From NCBI GenBank assembly GCA_963575745.1, contig CAUYUJ010000187.1, forward strand, positions 62,001 through 117,055: a stretch of 55,055 nt of DNA. Reading direction: 5' to 3'. This document shows, in pieces, positions 32,726-45,509 of this stretch. Position 1 is the stretch's first letter, and every line of letters starts with the position of its first letter. The translations under genes were made by a program, and so were the position numbers. The DNA comes from Prorocentrum cordatum. Taxonomy: Eukaryota. The notes under the pieces were generated by a model. The model was not told where the DNA came from. It ran no database searches and saw nothing but the letters and a program-made list of their open reading frames with translations.

Positions 32726-33070
32726 GATTCGAGTCTCGGCCCTCCTGTGGGTGGGCTTTCCCCAAGCAGGTGCGGCAGGGTCGCGTCGTGCCGACTGGCG
32801 GCGACCCCGGCGCGTGCGTGGAAGGTTGAGTCGGACATGTCCCTCTGCAGGAGGAGTATTCCAAAGTGACCCAAAAGTGGTCAGGGGACGACTCTTCGAC
32901 TATTTCTTGACCATTTTCGATTGCCGATCCGACTTGTCGGTTCGAGTCTCGGCCCTCCCGGGTGGGCTTTCCGAGCAGGTGCGGCAGGGTCGGCGGACCT
33001 GTCCCTCTGCAGGAGGAGGATTCAAAAGTAACCCAAGAGTGGTCAGGGGACGACTCTTCGCTTCGACTAT
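32726..33070. repeat. Local imperfect direct duplication
   Basis: ttcgagtctcggccctcc...gcaggtgcggcagggtcg and tgtccctctgcaggaggag...gtggtcaggggacgactcttcg each occur twice (32726-32903 and 32941-33070). Confidence 0.8.
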
Positions 33071-34320
33071 CTCTGGACCACTTTTGAGTATTTTTGGACC
33101 GTCTCTTGTTTTTCGTCCAACGTCCGCCTGCAGGGGGACATGCCCGACCCAAGGTTCAGGTTGATCGCCGCCCGTGGCCCAGAGTCGGCCCGTCGTAGAA
33201 CGATCCCGCGTTCACGGAACGGCCGAGCGTTCAAGTCTGAACGAGCCCCGCGGTGGCAGAAGCCAACGCCGGGATCGACACGACGCGAACCTGTGGGCGA
33301 GCGAGCCTTGACCTTCGGGTTGGGCGGGGGGACCTCGGTGCGGACGAATCGGGCGGGCGCGCCATCTCTCAGGCGATCGCAAACATGGATCCAGGGGGCG
33401 TGGATTGGCGACGGGTCCCGCTTCCATGGGAGACCGCGGAACTCCGCCGCCGGGCGAGGCGGCACCGGCCGCATTTTGGGGAGGGCACCTCGCCTCCCCC
33501 GATCCATAGATTTGGCGACCGCGCGCCAAATCCATGGATCGCTAATCCATGCCTGCGCGCCCCCGAAGCTCGGGCGGGCCAGGCGCGGCAGGACACCCCA
33601 GCGGACGGGCGGGCTCCCTGCGGCCACGAGCGAGCAGACCCTGACGGTCGGGCCGGGCGGGGCGCCTCACAGGACGGGGGGGGGGTCGGGAGGGCGGGAC
33701 GCGAACGCGGGCGGGCGGGCCTTCCAGCATGCGAAAGAGCGGTCCCGAACCAGCGTGTCGGGCCAGCGGGCCCCAGGCTGGCAGACCCGAAAGGGCGATC
33801 CCTGACGGGCGGGTCGGGCGGGCGGGGCCATCTTAGCGGGCGGGCGGGATCTCAAACAAACGAGTACCGAGCCACCACGACGAGAGGCTACGACGGGCAG
33901 CGACGACCACGACGACGACCAGCGACGACCATGGCGAGAGACTGTAAGGGCGAGGTGGTCTGAGGCGAAACGGGCCTCGGGCGAAGTGGCCCCCCCGGAC
34001 AAAACCGGGAAGGTGCGCAACAGCAGCTGTTGGCCAAAAGCGAGGGCGGGCAGTCTTGGGCTGGCGAAGCTTGTGTGACATGGACCACGTCCGCTGCGAC
34101 ACAGACAGCGAGTCTGGTTCATGGTGGACAGGATTTGCTTTCGGTCATCGTCCCCACTGCTTCCGCCCCCACTTCGCCGGACGGGGCCAGGACGATGATC
34201 AATCCCTTCCAGAGCGTGCCGAAGCGCGTTCCGGAACGCTCTGAGAAGGCCGCGGCGCCCGAGACATCTTCCAGAGCCGCCAGACCTCAGAGATGCTCGA
34301 TTTATCCTCACCCGATCTCG

Positions 34321-34477
34321 GAGGGCACCAACTATACACCAACACCGATCCTGGCCCAGGATCACCCTGGGCCCAGGATCGGTGTATATGCCTTCTTGCC
34401 CAAGGCAGGAGGGCGTATACACCGATCCTGGGCCCAGGATCACCCAGGATCGGTGTTGGTGTACAGTTGGTGCCTTC
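34321..34477. mobile_element. Foldback/MITE, near-perfect ~157-bp palindrome
   Basis: Outer arms ggcaccaactatacaccaacaccgatcctgg / ccaggatcggtgttggtgtacagttggtgcc (30/31); inner 35-bp arms around a caa loop. Confidence 0.85.
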
Positions 34478-34714
34478 CTACGATCATATCCTCGTCTTGG
34501 CTTCGTCTCAGAGGGGAAGGGAGGCCCCAGGGCGAGGGCTCCTCGGGCGCCCTTGGGGGGAGCGCGGGGGCAGGCTCCCCTGGAGGAGGGTGCAGGGCCT
34601 GGCGGGCCCCCGGGGAAGGTCCCCGTTGCCTCCCGAGGGAGGCCCTCTGGGGAGGCCGCCCTCTTGCGCTCTGATCGGCGGCGCGCCCAGGGAGGGCCGA
34701 GGGAGAAGAAGTGG

Positions 34715-35120
34715 GTGGAGGAGGAGGAGGCGGAGGAGGAATGAAGGCGGGGGGAAGAGGAGGAATGGAGGAGGAGGAGGGGAGGAGGAGGAGGAGGAGG
34801 AGGAGGAGGAGGAGGAGGAGGAGAGGAGGAGAGGAGGAGGAGGAGGAGGAGGATGGGAGTAGGAGGAGGAGAGGATGAGGAGGAGGAGGAGGAGGAGGAG
34901 GAGGAGGAGGAGGAGGAGAGGAGGAGGAGGAGGAGGAGGAGGAGGAGGAGGAGGAGAGGAGGAGGAGGAGGAGGAGGAGGAGGAGGAGGAGGAGGAGGAG
35001 GAGGAGGAGGAGGAGGAGGAGGGAGGAGGAGGAGGAGGAGGAGGAGGAAGAGGAGGAGGGATGGTGGGAGGAGAAGGAGGAGGTGGAGGAAGAGGAAGAG
35101 GAGAAGGTGGAGGAGGAGGG
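34715..35120. repeat. (GAG)n microsatellite
   Basis: Seen directly. Confidence 0.95.
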
Positions 35121-35155
35121 GGTGTTAATGTATCGAAGACGACTACGGCGAATCA

Positions 35156-36708
35156 CCGCCGCCCCCTGCCTTTTTGGAAGCGCCTATGTGGCCGAACGTT
35201 GAGGCCAGACCTGCCAAGCTATCGGACCATGTTCCCCGAATCGGTTTGGAAAGCCTTCGGGGAACACGTGGGCATCTTGAAGGTCATCTTGGCCGTCTGG
35301 AGGCCATTTTGACCCTTTCGGGCCTTCTTGGAGGACGTCTTGGAGGGCTCTTGGGCCGTCTTGGAGGCCATCTTGGGCCGTTTTGGGGGCCTCTTGGGGC
35401 CGTGTCTTGGGCCTCTTGGGCGATCTTTGGGGGCACTTGGGCCGTCTCGGGCCGTCGGAAGGCAGAAAAAACGCAAATGCCAGAGTCCTTCAAAAACCCA
35501 TGGGAAATCTATGATTTTGGCCTTTTCGGGCCTTCCCGGGGGCCCTCTTGGAGGCCTCTTGGGCCGTCTTGGGCTATCTTAGGGCCATGTTCGGCCGTCT
35601 TGGTGGGCTCCTGGTCCGTCTGACGCCGTCGGAAGCCGTTTGGGGTGCCTCTCTGAGCCGTCTTGTGGCCCTCTTGGAATGCTCCGGGGCCGTCTTGGAG
35701 GCCATCTTCGGCGTCTTAAAGGCCTCCTGTGCCATCTTGGGGGCCTCTTGGGGCCGTCTTGGGGCCCTCTTGGGTCGTTCTGGGGCCATCTTGGAGGCCT
35801 CTTGGGCGATCTTTCGGCGATCTTTGGGGGCTCTTGGGCCGTCTCGGGCCGTCGGAAGGCCGAAAAGAAGCAAATGTCAGAGTCCGTCAAACACCTTGGG
35901 AAAATACATGTTTTTGGCCTCTTCTGGCCTTTCTGGAGACCCTCCTGGGGGCCTCTTGGGCCGTCTTGGGCCAGCTTCGAGCCAACTTCGGCCATCTTGG
36001 TGGGTTCCTGGCACGTCTGACACCGTCGGGAGCCGTCTTGGGGGCCTTTTTTGGGCCGACTTGGGGCCCTCTTGGGGCGCTTCGGGGCCGTCTTGGAGGC
36101 TATCTTGGGCGTCTTGGAGGCCATCTTGGGCGTGTTGGAGGCCTCTTGGGCCGTCTTGAGGCCCTTTTGGGGCCGTCTTGGAGGCCACTTGGGCCGTCAT
36201 GGGGCCCTCTTGGGGGCCTCTTGGGCGATCTTGGGGTCCTCTTGGGCCGTCTTGAGCCGTCGGAATGCCGAGAAGAAGCAAATTCCAAAATCCTTCTAAA
36301 ACCTAAGGAAAATCAATGATTTTGGCCTCTTCGGGCCCTCCTGGAGGACCTCTTGGAGGTCTCTTGGGCCGTCTTGGAGGCCTCTGGGGGGCCTCTTGGG
36401 CCGTCTTGGGCCGTCTTGGATTCTCTTGGGCCGTCTTGGAGGCCGTCTTGGACCATCTTGGTCGGACTTGGAGACCATCTTGGATCATCTTTGTCGGACT
36501 GGCAGGCCATCTTGGCCATCTTCGACGCCATCTTGAGCCGTCTTGGAGGAGTTTTTTGTGGACTTTGCGGTCCTGGAAGAGCCTCCCGGGACCCCGGCGG
36601 GACGGGCCGAAGCCCCAGGGGGAGTTTTTTTGGAAAAAGAACCAAAACCAACACCGAAAGGATCCAGCACGCCAGGCACCCCTGCGATGAATCGACAGGG
36701 GGCGGCGG
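35156..36708. mobile_element. Inverted-repeat-bounded element filled with degenerate ggcc(g/c)tcttgg satellite, copy 1
   Basis: ccgccgccccctg (35156-35168) and cagggggcggcgg (36696-36708) form a perfect 13-bp inverted repeat; the interior is a 10-11-bp-based degenerate array. Confidence 0.65.
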
Positions 36709-36729
36709 ATCTAATGACCTTTGGCCTAT

Positions 36730-37550
36730 TCCGCCGCCGTGCCTGGGTGGTGGGTCAGAGGCCTCTTGGATATTGGTTGGGATCTCGTGGTGGGCCTCTC
36801 GGGGCCTCTTGAGGCCTCTTGGGGGCAGTTTTGGGGCCTCTAGGGGCCTCTTGGGGCCTCTTGTGACCTTTTGGGGGCCTCTTAGGGCTACTTGGGGGTC
36901 TTTTTTGGGGGCCTCTTCGGGGCCCCTTGTGGGCCTCCCGGGGGCCTCTTGGGTCCTCTTGGAGCGGAATGCTCGAATTTTCGGTTCCAGGCTCCCTTCT
37001 TGGGCCCCTCTTGAGGCCGTCTTGGGGCCCTCTTGGCTCGGCTTGGGCGCCTCTTGGGCAATCTTGAGGCCCTTTTTGGCTGTCTTGGGGCCCTCTTGGG
37101 GGCCTCTTAGGCCGTCTTGGGGCGGTCTGGGGGGCCTCTGAGGCCGTCTTCGAACGTGGGAACGCCGAAAAGAAGAGAAGGCTAACATCCTTCGAAAGCC
37201 TCCATTAAATCGATGATTTTGGGCTCTTAGGGCCCTCTTGGAAAGCCTCTTGGAGGCCTCTTGGGGTGTCTTGGAGGCCTGTTGGGCGTCTACGGCGTCT
37301 TGGAGCGATCATTCGGCGACTCAAGGCCGACTTGGTCTGTCTTGAGGGCCTCTTGGGACTCCTGGCCCGTCTCGGGGCGCTCGTGGGCCCGAAAAAGTCA
37401 CGCGACAAGATGCGCCACGGCGCAAAAGGGAACTGCGCCAAGCCCGGGGAGAATTGTGCGAAATTGGTCTCGGGTCCCCTGAGAGGCTCCTCAGGAGTGA
37501 GGACTGAGGCTCAGGGGATTGGCCAAAGGACCCAGAGGCACGGTGGCGGA
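36730..37550. mobile_element. Inverted-repeat-bounded element filled with degenerate ggcctcttgg satellite, copy 2
   Basis: tccgccgccgtgcct (36730-36744) and aggcacggtggcgga (37536-37550) match 14/15 as an inverted repeat. Confidence 0.65.
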
Positions 37551-37724
37551 TCACAAGTCCCTCCTGCTTTCCGAGCACTCGTCCGAGAAGCATCGGAAGG
37601 CTGCTCGTAATTCCCCTTCCCGCCCTCTCAAGCAGGCCCGCCCCCTCGCCCCCCTTCCCCCCTGGGGCGCACCGCCGATCTGAGGTGGACCCCCCCCCTC
37701 GCCCTCAGCGCCCCCGCCGCGCAG

Positions 37725-37943
37725 GAGGACCTCCTCAGCCTGGATAGGCACCTGAACGGCCGCAGGGAGGCCCTCGGGAGCTTCCGCCGCGGCGAGTCGC
37801 GGGGCGGCACCCAGTGGGTCGCCACGGAGGGGCAGTTCCTACGGCTGCCGAGCGCCTCCGCCCGCGAGTGGCTCTCCAGGCGGCAGGAGCAGACGCAGGC
37901 CGAGGTGGCGCAGACGCGCCAGCGCCTCAAGGCCGGGACGCAG
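37725..37943 (+). CDS. PDRG1: PDRG1/prefoldin-like protein, exon 2 (EDLLSLDRHLNGRREALGSFRRG...QWVATEGQFLRLP...RQRLKAGTQ)
   Basis: Acceptor cgcgcag|G, 219 nt open in phase 0, donor CAG|gcgtcg. Pattern LDxxxNxxREAL, beta-hairpin WV..G.F..LP and return helix recall PDRG1/prefoldin beta subunits. Confidence 0.85.
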
Positions 37944-38364
37944 GCGTCGGGGGGCTCCTCCTGCTCCTCCTCCTCCTCCTCCTGCTCCTCCTCCTCCTCC
38001 TCCTCCTCCTCCTCCTCCTCCTCCCTGGCAGTGCACCGCCGCTGATCTTCGCCAGGCCTGTCCTGGGCGCTGGTGTGTGCGCCTTCCTGGCGAGGCCAAG
38101 AAGGTGTGTAGTCAAAAGTAGTGGCCATTTCGCTTTCGGGAGGGTCTCTCGAGGTTTCTCCAGGTTTCTCCTCTTGGCGCGCCTGGTGCACCGAGGTGCC
38201 CGCGAGGCCCCAATCGGGGGCGTCGCCTCTTCCAAGAGATGCGTGAGTGCTTCCCCAGGATCCCTTAGAGCAGGGCTTCGGCTGCAGCTGACTCGACGCT
38301 ACACCCTTGGCTAATTCTCCTGCCCTGTCGTCCGCCCCAAAAGGAAGGAAGGATGGGGGAGGCG

Positions 38365-38641
<277 letters not shown>

Positions 38642-39149
38642 ACCAGTGTGTAAACCCAAGACTGATCAACGATGTTGGAATACACCCTCCCTCCAAGATC
38701 TCTTGTCAGAGGCCCCATACAAGGGGGTCATTTCCACTGAGGGAATTGCCCCGTTGGGTGACTACCGTGTGAGCATCTTGAAGCGTGCCAGAACATCATT
38801 CTCACGTCTTCAACGCCACGAGATAACCTGACTGTTTCGTGTTGGCGATCGTGAGTCGTGCCAGAACACCATTCTTGGGACTCCAACGCGGCGAATCAAG
38901 GTACTGTTGCGCCCTGACACCCTGAATAGTTCCAGAACGCCATGACTGGTTTGCTAATTATGAGAGTCAGTGAAGCGCCTGTAAAGTTTGAGAACGAGTG
39001 TGCGCGGTGCTAAGGCGAGAGCCCAATTGTGAAAAATAATCGCCTTCAACCCGTGCAATTCTTGAACATTTTTAGGACGAGTGCGCGCGGTGCTAAGGCT
39101 AGAGCCACATGCTGAAAACGACCCGCCCTCAGTCCGTGAAGCTCTTGCA

Positions 39150-39820
<671 letters not shown>

Positions 39821-40524
39821 CAGAAATTGCCACAACTATCCAGTTTCCGACTCACAAGAGCGGCACGGACCATAATCTGGTCCCAGGGCAGGGCTGCCCT
39901 GATCCGACCTGGGCTCAGAACCTGTGGGTCGTGCCGTGTCTCGCTGGCGCCGCCGCTCTCCTTTCTCCTGGACTTTTTCAGTTGCCCAGACGTGAAGCAC
40001 AAGCCTGTCGCGTTCTAATGCAGGAACCGCCGACTTGGCGGAGCGAAAAACACATTAACCTTGCGGGCGCAGCTGACCAGGTGGTGCGAACATATCAGAA
40101 AAACTAGAGGGCCTTAGAGTATGCGCCCGCCAGGCGGTAAGACAGCAGCTGCGCCTGTTTCTCCTGGACTCTCTGCCCTTCTCTTCACTTGCGCAATGGC
40201 TGCTGCTGCGTGCCGCCTCCTCCTTGTTGACCTCATCCGGACACCGCGGCACGTGCTCAGTGCCCAGGGCGGAGGAGGAGGAGGAGGAGGAGGAGGAGGA
40301 GGAGGAGGAGGAGGAGGAGGAGGAGGAGGAGGCGGAGTTGGAGGAGGTGGATTAGGAGATGGTGGAGGAGGAGGAGGTGGAGGAGGAGGAGGATGAGGAG
40401 GAGGAGGAGCAGCAGCAGCGTAAACCCAAGACTCATCAGCGGTGTCTGGATACACCCTTCCTCCACGCTCCCTCTCCGACCAGGACCCCGTGCTGGCGCA
40501 CGGCCAGCGCCCTCCCCCGCACAG

Positions 40525-40644
40525 GCGCTGCTCGCGGAGCACCCGCACGCCACGGACCTGCCGCCGGGCGTGTGCCAGCTGCTGCTCCGGGAGCGGCGGC
40601 GCGCCGGGGCCGCCGGGGAGGGCCCGCCTGCTGGAGAGGCCGAG
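40525..40644 (+). CDS. PDRG1: PDRG1/prefoldin-like protein, exon 3 (ALLAEHPHATDLPPGVCQLLLRERRRAGAAGEGPPAGEAE)
   Basis: Acceptor cccccgcacag|G, phase 0, GC3-rich. Donor GAG|gcgcca (alternative GAG|gccgag at 40638). Confidence 0.7.
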
Positions 40645-41338
40645 GCGCCAGGGACGGGGGCGGATGGCCCAGGGGGGGGCGACTTTCGTGGTGCTCCTCC
40701 TCCTCCTCCTCCTCCTCCTCCTCCTCCTCCTCGCCTCCTCCTCCTCAGCCTCCTCCTCCTCCGCCTCCTCATCCTCCTCCTCCTCCTCCTCCTCCTCCTC
40801 CGCCTCCTCCTCCTCCTCCTCCTCCTCCTTGAGGCTCAGAGGGCGATGCATCGACCCCCAATCGCCCACCGATAGGGGCCCGATGGCTCACTCCGCCCAG
40901 GAGCGTGCCGTGTCGCTGTCGGTGGCCTATCGGTGACGTAGCGCCGATTCTAGCCCTATGTTCCCCTCCCCCCGAGCGGGTCCCCTAATTCCCCCCTCGG
41001 GGGGAGGGGCCCTGTATCCGCAGAAGATGCCCCCATACACCTCCAGCGTGCCCAGCCAGAGGGTATTCACAGTGCCAGGCGGCGAGGGCCCAGGATTGCC
41101 CGTAGCCAGGCTCGATGGCAGTGTTTTGGCGCCCACTGCGCACTGCATGTGCCCGGGGGCTCCAGTCGCCCAGGCAACAGCGGACGACGCTCGAGGACGA
41201 ATTTCGGGCGATGCCCCTCTCCTAGGCCTCCGGCGCTCCTGACAGCGCCCCGTGGCGCTGCTTTTCGGGGGGTGCCTCCCCCCCCTATGCAGCAGCGCAC
41301 CAGTTTCGAGGCCTCCCAGCTGGGGTCCTCCCAGATGG

Positions 41339-41484
41339 GGTCGGAGGATCGCGCCGCGTCGCCGATGCAGCGGCGATGCGGCTCGACGTGGATCCCGTTC
41401 TGCTTCGCGTCGACGCCGCCGATTCATCGCCGACGTCGCCGATGCATCGGCGATGCATCGGCGATGCGGTGCGATCCTCCGACC
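41339..41484. mobile_element. MITE-like element with 31-bp inverted ends in intron 3
   Basis: ggtcggaggatcgcgccgcgtcgccgatgca versus tgcatcggcgatgcggtgcgatcctccgacc (29/31; both mismatches are G-T). Confidence 0.75.
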
Positions 41485-41539
41485 GCGTTTGCTCGGACCC
41501 CATCCGGCAGGCCTCTGCTGTTGCGGCCCTCTCCGACAG

Positions 41540-41650
41540 GCCGGGGCGGCGGGGGCGCGGCGGCCCGCCGCGCCGAGGCCCGCGGGGAGCGGCGACAGGC
41601 TCGACTACTCCCGGTTCAGCCGCATCGGCGACTCCGACTCGGACGGGTGA
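41540..41650 (+). CDS. PDRG1: PDRG1/prefoldin-like protein, exon 4 (AGAAGARRPAAPRPAGSGDRLDYSRFSRIGDSDSDG*)
   Basis: Acceptor ctctccgacag|G, phase 0, ends at TGA 41648-41650; GC3-rich. Confidence 0.7.
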   Translation, partial: AGAAGARRPAAPRPAGSGDRLDYSRFSRIGDSDSDG

Positions 41651-42233
41651 GCTCCGCGGCGGCGCGGTCGGCGCCCTGCTCCTGCTTCCTTCGGCACCGT
41701 TTCACCGATTCCCATCCCCATCCCCGTCCACATCTCGAGCCCCAGCGTCTCACCACCTCGGTTGGGGATGTGCCCCTCGAAGCCCGAAGAGAGCAGCTTC
41801 TGTCCCCAGCCCAGGGGGGGTCAATCGGCCACTGGGGCCCAGGCCACGCTCCCGGGGATAGGGGTCGAGGAAGCGATGCCCATCGTCCCCCTTGCGCCCG
41901 GGACTGCCTGTCGCATCCGGCCGCAGCCTGGGCGCGGCCGCGCGCTCGTCGACAGGGGCTTCGCGGCAGGAGGGAAAATGGTCGCCCGTGGGGGGCCGCG
42001 GAGCCGCCGCCGCCGCCCGCAGTCGTCGCGGTCGTCGCCCTTGGTCCATTGCCGTCTCCCTGTGTCGTCACGGTTGTCGTGGTCGTCGTCTTGGCCACCT
42101 CGTCTTGATCGTCGCGGTCGTCGTCGTGCCCCCCGACGCTCTCACGAAGCCATTTGGGGCGAGAGGCTTCGGACGTAACCTGCGATGAAGTTCGTGAGTT
42201 CCCACAGCCGCAAAGCTGTCGGAAATAACTTTG

Positions 42234-44085
42234 TTCCCCACGTGCTTAGTGGGGTTTTGGTTTTCTCTTCCACCCGCGTAGCACCGGCGTTTCTCACACA
42301 CACATCCTCTCCTCTTCGGCCTCGCTTGTACACGCACATGTGTATCAGACCTGGTGTGCTCATTGCATGATGCACGCCCGACGCATTTACCACATGCACG
42401 GCACCCGAGACACACACAGCACGCATACACACCACACGCAGGTATAGGAGAGGGGTGACGCGCAGACGAGATACCGCTAGTATGGAATTATCGCGTTCAA
42501 CATCTACGCATCATACAGACACACTTACAGCCGCACACACACTATACAAGCTCCGACTCACGACACGCACACCACACAACATACACACACGTGACACGCA
42601 GACGCAGAGCTACCCACTCACGTGACACGCACACCACACTACACATACATAGCTGCACACGTACTGAATGCCGCAAAGCCGACACTTCTCGACACCGTAA
42701 GCGGGTGCGCAGAGGGTGGTCCCTCAGCGCGGCCTCTACTACCTGTGACACGCTCGCAGGGCGTGGCAGGAGTGGCACTTTCTCGACATCGCAAGGGGGT
42801 GCGCAGAGGGTGGTCCTTCAGCGCAGCCTCTATCCGTGACGCGCTCGCGGGGCGTGCCAGGAGTGGCACTTTCTCGACACCAGATAGGGTGCGCAGATGG
42901 TGGTCCCTCAGCGCGGCCCCTATCCGTGAAACGCTCGCAGGGCACTAGAGGGGGTGCGCAGAGGGTGGCAGGAGTGGCACTTTCTCGACACCGCAAGGGG
43001 GTGCGCAGAGGGTGGTCCCCCAGCTTGGCCTTTATCCATGGCATGCCCGCAGGGCGTGTCATGCGCGGCTAATTCTCGACACCGCAGGGGGTGTGCAGAG
43101 GGTGGTCCTTCAGCGCGGCCTCTATCCATGACACGCTCGCAGGGCGTGGCAGGAGTGGCACTTTGTCGACACCGTAAGGGGGTGCGCAGAGGGTGGTCCC
43201 TCAGCGCAGCCTCTATCTGTCACGCGCTCGCGAGGCGTGGCAGGCGCGGCACTTTCTCGACACCAGATAGGGTGCGCAGAGGGTGGTCCCTCTGCGCGGC
43301 CTCCATCCGTGACACGCTCGCGGGGCGTGGCAGGAGTGGCAGTTTGTCGACACCGTGGGGTGCGCAGAGGGTGGTCCTTCAGCGCGGCCTCTATCCGTGA
43401 CACGCTCGCGGGGCTTGGCATGCGCTGCACTTTCTCGACGCCAGATAGGGTGCGCAGAGGGTGGTCCCTCTGCGCGGCCTCCATCCGTGACACGCTCGCC
43501 CGGCGTGGCAGGAATGGCAGTTTGTCGACACCAGATAGGGTGCGCAGAGGGTGGTCCTTCGGCTTGGCCCTTCTCCGTGGCATGCCCGCAGGGCGTGGCA
43601 TGCGCGGCAGTTTCTCGACACCGTAAGTGGGTGCGCAGAGGGTGGTCCTCCAGCGCTGTTGTTTTCTGTGATACGCTCGCATCGCGTGGCAGGAGTGGCA
43701 CTTTCTCGACGCCAGATAGGGTGCGAAGAGGGTGGTCCATCTTCGCGGTCTCTATCCATGACACGCTCGCATAGCGTGGCAGGAGTGGCACTGTGTAGAC
43801 ACCGTAAGGGGGTGCGCAGACGGTGGTCCCTCAGCGCGGCCCCTGTCCGTGACACGCTCGCAGGGCTTTGTAGGAGTGGCTGTTTGTCGACACCGCAGTG
43901 GGTGCGCAGAGGGTGGTCCTTCAGCGCTGCTTCTATCCGTGACACGCTCGCGGGGGATGGCAGGAGTGGCACTGTCTCGACTCCCCAGGGTTTGTGCAGG
44001 TGTTGGGGGGCGCCTTTCGTTTCAGGCTTCCAGGGCGTGTCAGTGGGGGTGGGGAGCTTTCAGAGTCCGACCTTTCGGACACATT
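42234..44085. mobile_element. Second-type Helentron/DINE-like element (B1) with ~90-bp tandem array (~14 units, 42680-43990)
   Basis: Left end TT-ccccac-gtgctta-gtgggg-ttttggtttt. Array unit contains gtgcgcagagggtggtccctcagcgcggcctctatccgtgacacgctcgc. Right end gtgggg (44049-44054), hairpin gtccga-cctt-tcggac (44065-44080), then acaTT. Confidence 0.6.
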
Positions 44086-44599
44086 CCTCGAGCCCCCTCC
44101 TCGAACCTCCTTCAGCGGGGATGGGTGTTCGTTTGGATGGATGGATGAATGGATGGATGTACGGATGGATGGATGGATGGGGACTGAGGGAGGATAGGGA
44201 GGGTAGGAGAGATGCTGGAGCTGGAAAAGGCGACAGGAAGGGAGCGAGGGGGAACAGGGGAATAAGGGGATGGGAGAAGAGGGGAGGGGAGTAGGGGAGA
44301 TGGGAGGTCCTTGCGAGGAGGAAGAGGAGCAAACGGAAAAGGCAGGGAGAGGGAAGGAGAGTGGATGGAGGGAGGGAGCAACGCTGGGGGAGAGGAGGAG
44401 CGGGCCCGAGTGGAGAGGGGCTGAGCGGAGACGGGCGCAAACGCACGACACACAGACCCTTACCTCGTCACATACATGACACGCACACCCACATTAGATC
44501 ATACACACCAGACGCACGCAAAACGGTGGGGATGTAACCAGAGCTGTCGACCTTGTCTTGGTCCAGGTCTTATCCGCGCGCGGCACTCATGCCGCCCCA

Positions 44600-45400
44600 A
44601 ATTGCCATCGCCGCCCTGCCACCCCGGTGCTTGGTGCTGACGGGCGCGATAATTGGGATGGGCCTCGATGTCAGTGTGGCAGGCTTGCGCGGCTACAAGG
44701 ATTCGCAGGGATACTTTCTGGTTCGAAACGTACCCAATGCCTACCATCGACAGCTCGCCAGTTGGTGGCCTCATACTCTTGTTATGAGGTACAACGAGCT
44801 GAGTAAAGGAGGGAACGGCGATGGCAGGAGGCAGTGCTGTGTGAGTTACTGGCTGAACCTTTCTTTTGGCGGGTTCCTGGCTGATCCGCCAGGGGAGGGG
44901 TGTGGGGAGACGATGGCCTGCCGTTGGCGAAAGTTCGGCGGGTCGGCGATGCCGGCAGCGCGCGCGCTGCCACGCTCGTGCAGGCCACGCCCGTGAAGTC
45001 CGCGACCATGCAGACCTGCAACGTTAAGCGGTGTCCAGCTGTTCAGATGGCTCTTTCTCTTCTTTGCGCTGGCGCACCTCGCATTGCGGTATCCCTGTCG
45101 CCAGCGGAGGCTGACCGCAGTCGGTCGCAGGGACTGGTCGCAGGACTTGCGGGAGTCAGCCGCCCCTGAGAGCTTGTCTTCCAGAGCGGATTCGAAGGCG
45201 GTCAAATGGTGCGTCCGTCGCCAAACGATCTGCCGATCCAGAGTGCCGACCGTCGAGAAAAGGCGACGGTGCCGCTTTGTGGGGAGCGGTCAGCACATAT
45301 TCTACCATTGATGAATCTACATAGTGGATGCTCCAGTCAAACACGTGTCGACGGCTTCGACCAGCGTTTTGAGTGCAACTTCGGCATTGTAGAATCTTGG
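44600..45400 (+). pseudogene. Possible highly decayed Ty1/copia RT-RNase H remnant
   Basis: Ordered faint motifs in shifting frames: IAVSLSPAEAD (~45085; cf. VALSSAEAE), ADSKAV...RRQ..RSR (~45185; cf. DSxAA...RxGxGRxRH) and VDAPVKHV (~45325; cf. ADxxTKHL). Confidence 0.4.
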
Positions 45401-45509
45401 CGGCGGACACCTACCGCTCTTTTCAACCGGTGGAGCTAGCGTGGTGGAAAACGGTTGGATTATGCCGTATGTTGACGGATTGTAAACGTTTGTTAACGGA
45501 TTTGTAGCA

